A stretch of DNA of 64,000 nt from an uncultured Gemmatimonadales bacterium (lineage in GTDB: Bacteria; Gemmatimonadota; Gemmatimonadetes; Gemmatimonadales; Gemmatimonadaceae). Below the pieces are notes generated by a model. The model saw only the letters and a program-made list of their open reading frames with translations. It did no database searches and was not told the origin of the DNA. Below are positions 51,440 through 60,464 of the stretch, piece by piece. How positions within the stretch are numbered: position 1 is the first letter of the stretch; the number at the start of each line of letters is the position of its first letter. Position numbers and translations under genes: made by a program. Where the stretch lies: positions 672,001-736,000 of the forward strand of contig CAVPQB010000004.1 of assembly GCA_963707505.1 (NCBI GenBank), given 5' to 3'.

Positions 51440-52719
51440 GTTATAGACAGAAGTCGTCGTACGCAATTTTCGTATCGATCGTGCTGGCAGCGGGTTGCTC
51501 GAAAGCCCCGCCGCAGAAGCAGCCAAAGGTTCCGGTGATCGTGGCCACAGCGCGACGGACAGCGGTGCCTTACACGCTGACCACGAACGGAGTGGTCGAG
51601 CCGCTTCAGACTGCGGCCGTCGAAGCGCAGGTTGGCGGAATCCTGACGCGCGTTGCGTTCACGGAAGGCCAGGAAGTCAAGGCTGGCGACGTTCTGTTCC
51701 AGATCGATGCGCGGCCCTACGTTGCGGCACTCGACCAGGCCCGCGGTCAGCTCGCGCGCGATCAGGCACAGGCTGCGAGTGCGGCACGCGACTCGGCGCG
51801 CTATTCGGCGCTGGTACAGAAAGATTATGTAACTCGCTCGCAGGCCGATCAGATCGTTGCAACTGCAGCCTCAGCGGCCGCGACCGTGGACGCTGACCGC
51901 GCCGCGGTCGAGCGCGCACAGGTTGACGTGTCGAACTGCACGATCCGCGCACCGATTTCGGGTCGTACCGGCGCGTTGCTCGTTCGTCAGGGAAACCTGG
52001 TGAAGGCGAATGCATCGACTCCAATGGTTGTTATAAATCAGATCGAGCCGATTCTGGTACGATTCTCGGTACCGCAGGGAGATCTGCCGGATATCCAGCG
52101 CTACTTCGGCGCCGGCAAGCCACTGGCCGTGCAGGCACTCGCTTCCGAGGGGCCAGGATCGACACTGGACGGCACACTCGCGTTCGTTGATAACACCGTG
52201 GACTCGACCACTGGTACAGTTCTTCTCAAGGCCAAGTTCGAGAACAGCAAGTCGACGCTGTGGCCGGGCCAGTTCGTGGACGTGACGCTCCGGCTGTACG
52301 TCGACCCGAACGCGCTCACCGTTCCGTCCGCGGCGGTACTCACAGGCCAGAACGGATCCTACGTGTTCACTGTGGATAACGCGGCCAACGCGCATCAACA
52401 GCCGGTGCAGGTCGTCAGAACCGCTGATACTCTCTCCGTGATCGGCACCGGCCTCAAGGACGGTGATCGTGTAATAACGGACGGCCAGTCACGTCTGGTC
52501 GCGGGGTCCAAGGTCGTCATACGACCGGCTAGCGCTGCCGGAGCGACTCCAAGAATTGCCGATTCCGGCGCAGCCGGTGCAGCCTACCCTCAAGGGCGTT
52601 CGGGACCGCCATCGGGAGGGTCGGCCGGAACGCCGTCGGGATCTCCATCGACTACTGCGCAGCCCGCTGGAACTGCCCGACCAGGGAGCGGTACCAGCAA
52701 ACCGGGGCACGGACAATGA
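51436..52719 (+). CDS. RND efflux periplasmic adaptor (MdtA-like)
   Basis: EGQEVKAGDVLFQIDARPY, IRAPISGRTG, DNTVDSTTGT, LWPGQFV. Confidence 0.92.
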   Translation: MSYRQKSSYAIFVSIVLAAGCSKAPPQKQPKVPVIVATARRTAVPYTLTTNGVVEPLQTAAVEAQVGGILTRVAFTEGQEVKAGDVLFQIDARPYVAALDQARGQLARDQAQAASAARDSARYSALVQKDYVTRSQADQIVATAASAAATVDADRAAVERAQVDVSNCTIRAPISGRTGALLVRQGNLVKANASTPMVVINQIEPILVRFSVPQGDLPDIQRYFGAGKPLAVQALASEGPGSTLDGTLAFVDNTVDSTTGTVLLKAKFENSKSTLWPGQFVDVTLRLYVDPNALTVPSAAVLTGQNGSYVFTVDNAANAHQQPVQVVRTADTLSVIGTGLKDGDRVITDGQSRLVAGSKVVIRPASAAGATPRIADSGAAGAAYPQGRSGPPSGGSAGTPSGSPSTTAQPAGTARPGSGTSKPGHGQ

Positions 52720-55700
52720 CCGCATTATTCATTCGACGGCCGATCATGACGACTCTCGTCATGATCGCCATTCTGTTTTTTGGCGTCGTTTCGTATCAAC
52801 GACTGCCGGTAAGCGATCTTCCATCGGTCGACTTCCCGACGATCAGCGTGAGCGCGAATCTTCCCGGTGCGAGCCCGGAGACGATGGCATCCTCCGTCGC
52901 AACGCCACTCGAGAAACAGTTCTCGACGATCGCCGGCATCGACAACATGACGTCGACGAGCCAGCTCGGATCGACTTCGATCACGATCCAGTTCACGCTG
53001 GATCGTGACATCGATGCCGCTGCACAGGACGTGAAGGCCGCGATCTCGCAGACGCTGCGCAGACTGCCGCTCGGCATTCTTCCTCCGTCGTACCGAAAGG
53101 TGAATCCGGCCGATTCGCCCATCCTGTATCTCGCGCTCACGTCCAACACGATGCCGCTGTCGCAGCTCGACGAGTACGGCGAGACGGTGATGGCACAGCA
53201 AATCTCGATGACGCCGGGCATCGCGCAGGTCGTCGGTGTACGGTGCACAGAAGTACGCAGTCCGCGTCCAGCTCGACCCCACATCACTGGCCAATCGTGG
53301 TATCGGAATCGACGAGGTCGCCAGCGCGATCAATTCGCAGAACGTGAGCATGCCGACGGGCACGCTCTGGGGTCCCAATCGCGCACTCGACTGTCGAAAC
53401 CAACGGCCAGCTGCAGAACGCAGCGCAGTTTCGTCAGATGGTCGTGGCGTACCGCGACGGTGCGCCCGTGCACCTCGAGCGAACTGGGCCAGGTGTTGGA
53501 CGACGTCGAAAACAACAAGACCGCAAGTTGGTACAACGGAGACCGCGCGGTCGTTCTTGCAGTGCAACGCCAGCCGGGTACCAACACTGTTGCAGTTGCT
53601 CAGGGCGTAAAGGATCTGCTTGCATCCCTGCGTACTGAGATTCCGGCAAGTGTCAAGATAAACATTCTCTATGACCGCTCCGCGTCGATCGAGGCGTCGG
53701 TCGATGACGTGAAGTTGACACTCATGCTCACGCTGTTCCTCGTGATCATGGTGATCTTCCTGTTCCTGCGAAACATCTCGGCGACCGTCATCCCGAGTCT
53801 CGCGCTGCCGATGTCGCTGGTCGGAACGTTCGCGGTGATGTATCTACTCGGCTACTCGCTCGACAACCTGTCGCTGATGGCGCTCACTCTCGCCGTCGGA
53901 TTCGTCGTCGACGACGCGATCGTCATGCTCGAGAACATCGTGCGACACATGGAGATGGGAAAGACTCCGTTGCAGGCGGCGTTCGACGGATCCGCCGAGA
54001 TCGGATTCACGATTCTCGTCGATGACACTGTCGCTGACGGCCGTGTTCATTCCGCTGCTGTTCATGGGCGGCATCGTCGGCCGTCTGTTCCACGAATTCG
54101 CAGTAACGATCGGCACTGCGATTCTCGTTTCAGGCTTCGTGTCGCTCACGCTGACACCGATGTTGTCGAGCCGGTTCCTCAAGCCGCCGTCGCACGAGCA
54201 CGGGCGCATGTTCAACGCCACCGAGCGCGTATACGAGAAGCTCGCTGGCGGATACGACTCGCAGCCTCGGCTGGGTGATGCAGCACCGGTTCGGTGCGTT
54301 GATGTTCTCGCTGCTGATACTCGTCGGCTACCGGCGTGTTGTCCAAGATCGTTCCGACCGGCTTCATTCCAACGCAGGACACCGGACAGATCGTCCGCGA
54401 CAACCGAAGCGGCGCAGGGAACATCGTTCGCCGACATGGTCACGCATGAGCAGCAGATCGCGGCGATATCGTCGCCAAGGATACCAACGTGGCTGCGTTC
54501 ATGTCGTCGGTCGGGTCGGGCGGCGGCAGCGGCAATCAGGGCCGCATTCTCCTCAGTCTCAAGCCATTCGGCCAGCGACTGAGCGCTGACGAGATCGTCA
54601 ACGAGCTGCGCCCGAAACTCACCGGCGTCCCCGGCATGAACGTGTTCATGCAGGTGCCGCCGGCCATTCAGATCGGCGCCCGCTCGTCCAAGAGCCTGTA
54701 TCAGTACACGATGCAGGGCCCCGACATCGCGGCGCTCGATTCCGCCGCGGAAAGAATGGAAGCGCGCATGCGGGACTTCCCGAGCTCCAGGATGTGACAA
54801 GCGATCTGCAGATCGCCAATCCGCAGGTGAACGTGAACATCGATCGCGATCACGCAGCCTCGCTCGGAGTCACTGCACAGCAGATCGAAAGCGCGCTGTA
54901 CGACGCGTACGGTTCGCGCCAGGTCTCGAACGATCTACACGCCGAACAACCAGTACTTCGTCATCATGGAGCTGCTGCCGCAATTCCAGCAGGATATCTC
55001 CGCGCTTCGCATGCTGTACGTGCAATCGTCGGCGACGGCGTACTCTCGTTCCGTTGAGCGCGGTCGCGACTCTATCGCAGAACGTCGGTCCGCTCGCAAT
55101 CAACCACTCTGGCCAGCTTCCGTCGGTGACGATTTCGTTCAATACGCGCCCGGGTGTCGGCGCTTGGCGACGCCACGACGGCAATTCAGAGCCGCCGCCG
55201 CTACAACCCTTCCGCCTGGCATAACCACGAGCTTCTCCGGTACCGCACAGGCATTCCAAGCAAAGCCAGCAGGGACTCGTTGCACTGCTCATCCTCGCGA
55301 TCTTCGTGATCTACATGGTGCTTGGCATTCTCTACGAGAGTTTCATCCATCCGCTCACGATTCTCACCGGGTTGCCATTCGCCGCCTTCGGCGCGCTGCT
55401 ATCGCTGTACATCTTTCACATGCCGCTCGACGTGTACGGCTTCGTCGGACTCATTCTGCTCGTCGGCATCGTGAAGAAGAACGCGATCATGATGATCGAC
55501 TTTGCGATCGAAGCAGAGCGCAAGGAGCATAAGACGCCGGCGGACGCCATCGTCGAAGCTGCGAGTGTACGATTCCGTCCGATCATGATGACGACGATGG
55601 CTGCTCTCATGGCGACGCTTCCGATCGCGCTCGGCACCGGAGCGGGCGCCGAGTCCCGACGTCCGCTCGGCGTCGCGGTGGTCGGCGGTCTTGCGTTTTC

Positions 55701-55848
55701 ACAGCTCGTCACGCTGTACGTGACACCGGTGTTCTACACCTACTTCGACGAGCTTCCAGGCAAGATTCGCGAGATGGCTCACGGCGTCACGTCCAGAATA
55801 CGCGGAACACGCGGCGCTCCCGCGCCGCGAACGGCACGACCGGAATAG
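52716..55848 (+). CDS. RND efflux permease (MdtB/C-like) with many apparent frameshifts
   Basis: [69 protein letters not shown], spread across successive frames. Confidence 0.88.
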
Positions 55849-55861
55849 TGATATAATCGTC

Positions 55862-55891
55862 ACTGGCGCGATGCATCGGCGTCGCGCCAGT
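55862..55891. terminator. GC-rich hairpin after the RND operon
   Basis: actggcgcgatgc-atcg-gcgtcgcgccagt; no U tract. Confidence 0.4.
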
Positions 55892-55910
55892 CACCCTACA
55901 CTGTACTAAC

Positions 55911-56951
55911 ATGCCGCGAATCGTGCTGCTTCTTGGGGGCATCGTGTGCGCATCGGCCAGCGTCGCCGCGCAATCGTCTCCCGTATCACACACGCTGATG
56001 CCGAGCCCCACGACAGTCGCGTGGGGATATTACGACGCAGCTGCGAAGCCAGTCCTGCACATCAACTCGGGAGACCAGATCGTCGTTGGCACGCTCATAA
56101 CGTCGAGCCCCAAGCGACTCGAAGGCGCCGGTGTCAAGCCGGCGGACGTGGAGCAGTCTCTGCGCGACATCTACGACAAGGTTACCGACAAGGGGCCGGG
56201 TGGGCACATTCTCACCGGCCCCATCTACGTGAACGGGGCAGACTCCGGCGACGTGCTGGAAGTGCGCATCAAGAAGATCGATCTGGCGATTCCGTACGCG
56301 TACAATGCGTTCGGCGGAAAGAGTGGCTTTTTGCCCGAGGATTTCGGCTACTCCAGAATGCGCATCATCCCGCTCGACAAGCGGAAAATGCTCGCGCACT
56401 TCGCCGATGGCATCGACATTCCGCTGCGACCCTTCTTCGGCAGCATCGGTGACGCGCCGGATCCAGCACTCGGCCGGCTCAACAGCGCGCCGCCGGGAAT
56501 GCACGCTGGCAATCTCGACAACAAGGAGCTCGTTGCAGGCACTACGCTATATATCCCGGTGCACACCGCCGGTGCGTTGCTCGAGATAGGTGACGGACAC
56601 GCAGGTCAGGGAAATGGCGAGGTGGACATCACTGCACTGGAAACCTCGCTCGTCGGCACATTTCAGGTGATTGTCCGCAAGGACATGCACCTCACCTGGC
56701 CGCGCGCCGAGACGCCGACTCACTGGATCGCCATGGGCACCGACAAGGATCTCGTTACCGCAACCAAGACAGCCATCCGCCAGGCCATCGAATTCCTCAT
56801 GAGCCGCGGTCTCAGCAAGGACGATGCGTACATGCTCGTGAGTGTGGCCTGCGATGTCGATGACACTCAGCTCGTCGACGGAAACGTCGGTGTTCACGTG
56901 ATGATTCCCAAGGCGATCTTCACCGGGCAGACCGCCGCCGCCAACCGGTAG
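55911..56951 (+). CDS. Acetamidase/formamidase-family protein with signal peptide
   Basis: GHILTGPIYV.GA..GD.L, PFFG, GNLDN, GDGHAGQGNGEV..TALE. Confidence 0.88.
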   Translation: MPRIVLLLGGIVCASASVAAQSSPVSHTLMPSPTTVAWGYYDAAAKPVLHINSGDQIVVGTLITSSPKRLEGAGVKPADVEQSLRDIYDKVTDKGPGGHILTGPIYVNGADSGDVLEVRIKKIDLAIPYAYNAFGGKSGFLPEDFGYSRMRIIPLDKRKMLAHFADGIDIPLRPFFGSIGDAPDPALGRLNSAPPGMHAGNLDNKELVAGTTLYIPVHTAGALLEIGDGHAGQGNGEVDITALETSLVGTFQVIVRKDMHLTWPRAETPTHWIAMGTDKDLVTATKTAIRQAIEFLMSRGLSKDDAYMLVSVACDVDDTQLVDGNVGVHVMIPKAIFTGQTAAANR

Positions 56952-56976
56952 TGCGTGGCTTGGTATGATAGAGGTC

Positions 56977-57004
56977 CGTCATCCCCGCGAAAGCGGGGAT
57001 GACG
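56977..57004. repeat. Perfect REP-like palindrome
   Basis: cgtcatccccgc-gaaa-gcggggatgacg; same family as the 37.1 and 39.6 kb copies. Confidence 0.88.
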
Positions 57005-57061
57005 ATGCATTTACGCCTCCACCAGCAATTCGTTTAAATTCCCTTGCCGTAAGAGGATTGC

Positions 57062-57135
57062 GGGCGGGTAGCTCAGTTGGTTAGAGCAGGAGCCTTTTAA
57101 GCTTCAGGTCGTGGGTTCGATTCCCACCCCGCTCA
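57062..57135 (+). tRNA. tRNA-Lys (anticodon TTT); CCA not encoded
   Basis: Acceptor GGGCGGG/CCCGCTC, D arm gctc..gagc, anticodon stem ggagc/gcttc with loop cttttaa, T arm gtggg-ttcgatt-cccac. Confidence 0.95.
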
Positions 57136-57215
57136 TTGTAGTTCGGCCGCCCCCAGCGCGCGCTCGCGATTTCGTCCTTGCCACGGACCCTTGCCGCCCG
57201 TAACGTCATTCTTCC

Positions 57216-57506
57216 ATGAACGACACTGGCGGCCTCGACTCAGATCTACCCCAGCTTCCCGACCCAGGCGTTTCCGCTATTACGGAGCGCGTCGAACATG
57301 TGAACGAGCTCGTACGGCATCTCTGGAATGCCCTCCACGGACTCAATCATATGGCGCCGGAAGGCACGCGCGACGAAGTATCTGCAGCACGAATCATGGT
57401 TCGCGATCTCAAGCGAGAGATCATGGAAAGCATCGAGCGCCTCCCGGCCGACTATGCCCGCGTCTATAATTCCGCGGTAATAGCTGTCTATTCTCTCCTG
57501 CGGTAG
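57216..57506 (+). CDS. Hypothetical helical protein (96 aa)
   Basis: ATG-initiated ORF with amphipathic helical pattern; no recognised family. Confidence 0.5.
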   Translation: MNDTGGLDSDLPQLPDPGVSAITERVEHVNELVRHLWNALHGLNHMAPEGTRDEVSAARIMVRDLKREIMESIERLPADYARVYNSAVIAVYSLLR

Positions 57507-57647
57507 GACGGCCCTCCGGCGCGGAAATTCGTGCCTGAATGTCATCGTTGGGTGACAGTTTGCAGTTCGTACTGGCGCCGCTGTGATCGCACGCCTATCG
57601 TGGTGCCTATTCGACCCACCATCAGGATCTCCTGCGGCGAGGCTACG

Positions 57648-58484
57648 ATGAGTACGAAAGATCTGCTTTCGTCGTGGATCTGTTGCCATCACCGATACGG
57701 CGGCGCCTTCATCACTGAATGCGCACTGGCGCTCGCTCTCGCCGGCTCCCTCAGTGCGCAGCAACAACCCCCCGCTGTACGATCGACGCAACCGCTCGCC
57801 CAGGCCATTCAGAGACCATCGTCGGTTCGTGGTCTCGTTCGCGACTCCGCCGATACGCCCATTCCATTTGCGACGGTCGTCTGGGGCGAAGCGCGCCAGG
57901 TCATCACCACCAGTGACTCCGGCGCATTCGCGCTCACCGACATACCAGCCGGCAAGACGCGATTCACGATTCGGCGCCTCGGCTACGTTCCGGTCGATTT
58001 CGATCTGATCCTCAAGCCTGGAACGATCAAGCCCGTCGTCGTTCATCTTTCACCCACTGCTCCCTCCCTCACGACAGTCGATGTCGAGGCGCCGCGCGCG
58101 ATGGGGACTGACACGTATCGTGACGATCGATTCCGGGCAACTGGGTTCTTCGACAGAAAGGCACATCTCTCCGGCTACTTCATATCACCGGACGAGGTGG
58201 AGCGGCGTCGGCCGATGTACGTAAGCGATCTCATGTACGGGGTGCCAGGCGTGACTTTGACCGGCCGGCCGCATACGCCTTCTGCTCGCTATGTCTCTTC
58301 GAGCGAGCATTGCCGTCTGCAGGTCTACCTGGATGGTCATCCCGTACCAGACGGAGATGAGTTCGTCTCCGGAAGCGACATCAAGGCGGTCGAGGTTTAC
58401 AGCAGTCTCCTTCGCGCATCGGACAGATTTCTTCCGTCGCCGCAGAAGGGTTATTGCGGCAGCATCGTCGTCTGGACCAAGTAG
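57648..58484 (+). CDS. Secreted CarboxypepD_reg-like domain + TonB-plug-like domain protein (no barrel)
   Basis: VRGLVRDSADTPIPFATV...TSDSGAF...RRLGYVP, then SDLMYGVPGV, VYLDG, DIKAVEVY, CGSIVVWTK*; start approximate. Confidence 0.72.
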   Translation: MSTKDLLSSWICCHHRYGGAFITECALALALAGSLSAQQQPPAVRSTQPLAQAIQRPSSVRGLVRDSADTPIPFATVVWGEARQVITTSDSGAFALTDIPAGKTRFTIRRLGYVPVDFDLILKPGTIKPVVVHLSPTAPSLTTVDVEAPRAMGTDTYRDDRFRATGFFDRKAHLSGYFISPDEVERRRPMYVSDLMYGVPGVTLTGRPHTPSARYVSSSEHCRLQVYLDGHPVPDGDEFVSGSDIKAVEVYSSLLRASDRFLPSPQKGYCGSIVVWTK

Positions 58485-58522
58485 CTCGCATCTGATAAGG
58501 CCGTAACGTCGCGGTTCATTGC

Positions 58523-59374
58523 CTACGCGCTTCCAGTGGATCGCGTCGCCGTGCTGCTGCCGCGTCGCTCCGGGCCAATGTATGTGCGAGACGAAACGTC
58601 AGTTGGGTGCGCATCATGTCGCGCAGCGACCTCGATGAACTTCACCGGTATCGAATCGGGATCCAGCTTGAGCAGCAGCGGCATCGCGACGTTGTAGACC
58701 GGAACTCCAGCGGCCGTCGCGCCTTCGGGTGTCCCGTTGTGCGCGTGACCATGCAGAACAGCAGCGACAGGATAACGCGACAACGGTTCTTCCAATCTGC
58801 CGCATCCGAGAAACGGAAATATTTCCGGCGACTCACCAACGACCGTTCCCCTTATCGGCGAATAGTGCATTATCGCCACACGCGGCTCAGTGCGAATGCG
58901 CGCGAGCGCGGTCTCGAGTTTCAACGCTTCGTGTATCGCCTCGTTGACGAAGCTCTTGACCTCCGCCTCGCCCCACGCGCCAAGCGTCCCGCTCCCGAAA
59001 CCGCCCGCGAATCCCTTTGTGCCCGCGAATCCCACGCCGAGTATCTCCACCGCTTCGCCGTCCAGCACATGGACTCCGGCATCGTTCAGAATGTCGTGCA
59101 GCTCCGTGGGCCTCCCGGATTCGTAATCGTGATTGCCGAGAACGGCGACCACCTGCGCGCGAATTCCAGCAAGCTCCTTGACGAGCACACGTGCCTCGTC
59201 TGGCAAACCGTAATCCGTGAGGTCACCGCATATCGCGATGACATCGGCACGCTCGGCGGCAGCGGCAAAAATCGGCTGTAGCGTCCCCTGCGAAGTTCGG
59301 CTGCAGTGGATGTCGCTCATCGCGGCAATTCGCACGCGGTCGGGATAAATGGGCATCAATGGCGAAATGGACAT
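58523..59374 (-). CDS. Calcineurin-like metallophosphoesterase (Icc-related)
   Basis: SDIH, GDLTD, VLGNHD, MHYSP, HGHAH; start 59374 or 59356. Confidence 0.9.
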   Translation of the reverse strand: MSISPLMPIYPDRVRIAAMSDIHCSRTSQGTLQPIFAAAAERADVIAICGDLTDYGLPDEARVLVKELAGIRAQVVAVLGNHDYESGRPTELHDILNDAGVHVLDGEAVEILGVGFAGTKGFAGGFGSGTLGAWGEAEVKSFVNEAIHEALKLETALARIRTEPRVAIMHYSPIRGTVVGESPEIFPFLGCGRLEEPLSRYPVAAVLHGHAHNGTPEGATAAGVPVYNVAMPLLLKLDPDSIPVKFIEVAARHDAHPTDVSSRTYIGPERRGSSTATRSTGSA

Positions 59375-59453
59375 GGATTCGAACGGTTGTTCAGGATCTG
59401 CGAGCCCCACACTTGCAGCAAGCGCCAATTCACCGTTCAACAATCGTTCCCAC

Positions 59454-60338
59454 ATGACCTCGACTTCAGCCGCCTTCGTCGATCCGATGATGCCAGCCAT
59501 CCAACCAATACCCGGTGATTTCGAGCGTCGCGCGGCCCGACGAAAGTCGTCGAGGCGGGACCTCGCCTCGCCCGCTGCTCAGGCGTTCTACGCCCGCGTG
59601 ATGCGCATTCTGCGTGGCGCCGGCCTGGAATTCCTGGTGGGGGGGACCTACGCATTTACGCCCTACACTGGTATCGAGCGGTCGTCCAAGGATTTCGACA
59701 TCTTCGTCCGGAGCGACGACATCGAGCGCGTCCTTGCGGTGCTAGCCACCTCGGGGCTCCGCACGGATATGGCTTTTCCGCACTGGCTCGCCAAGGTGTT
59801 CCATCGACGCTACTTCGTCGACATCATCTTCAATTCGGGGAACGCAGTAACTCCGGTCGATGAGCAATGGTTCACGCATGGCCCAGCCGGCACGGTACTC
59901 GGCGTGCCGGTAAAGCTGGTTCCGGCGGAAGAGATGCTCTGGTCCAAGGCCTTCGTCATGGAGCGCGAGCGATACGACGGCGCCGACGTCGTCCACATTC
60001 TCCGGTCTCGCGCGGAGCGGCTGGACTGGGACCGATTGCTCGAGCGCTTCGGCGATAGGTGGCGCGTGCTGCTCTTCAATCTCGTCCTGTTCGGCTTCGT
60101 CTATCCAGCCGAGCGGGCGCGCATTCCAGCGCGGGTGATGCGAACTCTCACAGAGAGATTGCGCGACGAGTTGGACAGCGACGCCCCAACCGCACGGGTA
60201 TGTCAAGGAACGCTGATCTCGCGGGAACAGTACCTTCCGGACACGACCGGCTGGGGTTACGCCGACGCGCGCCAGCTCCCGATTGGCAACATGACGGCGA
60301 AACAGGTCAGCGACTGGACGGCGGCTATTGGTCTGTAA
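59454..60338 (+). CDS. Pol-beta-superfamily nucleotidyltransferase of unknown function
   Basis: LVGGTYA...KDFDIFV (GG...DxD), VDIIF, WSKAFVMERERYDGADV; start 59454 or 59487. Confidence 0.8.
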   Translation: MTSTSAAFVDPMMPAIQPIPGDFERRAARRKSSRRDLASPAAQAFYARVMRILRGAGLEFLVGGTYAFTPYTGIERSSKDFDIFVRSDDIERVLAVLATSGLRTDMAFPHWLAKVFHRRYFVDIIFNSGNAVTPVDEQWFTHGPAGTVLGVPVKLVPAEEMLWSKAFVMERERYDGADVVHILRSRAERLDWDRLLERFGDRWRVLLFNLVLFGFVYPAERARIPARVMRTLTERLRDELDSDAPTARVCQGTLISREQYLPDTTGWGYADARQLPIGNMTAKQVSDWTAAIGL

Positions 60339-60464
60339 TATCGGCAATATCGACCTGTAAACGGTCGCGGGATGGCCGCACGGTGAGTACTTTGGGCTCG
60401 AATGCCGATCCTTACCTACTGATGCCGTATCGTTTGCCGTCTCGCGCCGTTTACCTTGCTACAG

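Noticed and set aside
57062..60400. Integrative element at tRNA-Lys
   Set aside because: No integrase, and I did not find a duplicated tRNA 3' end in the window.
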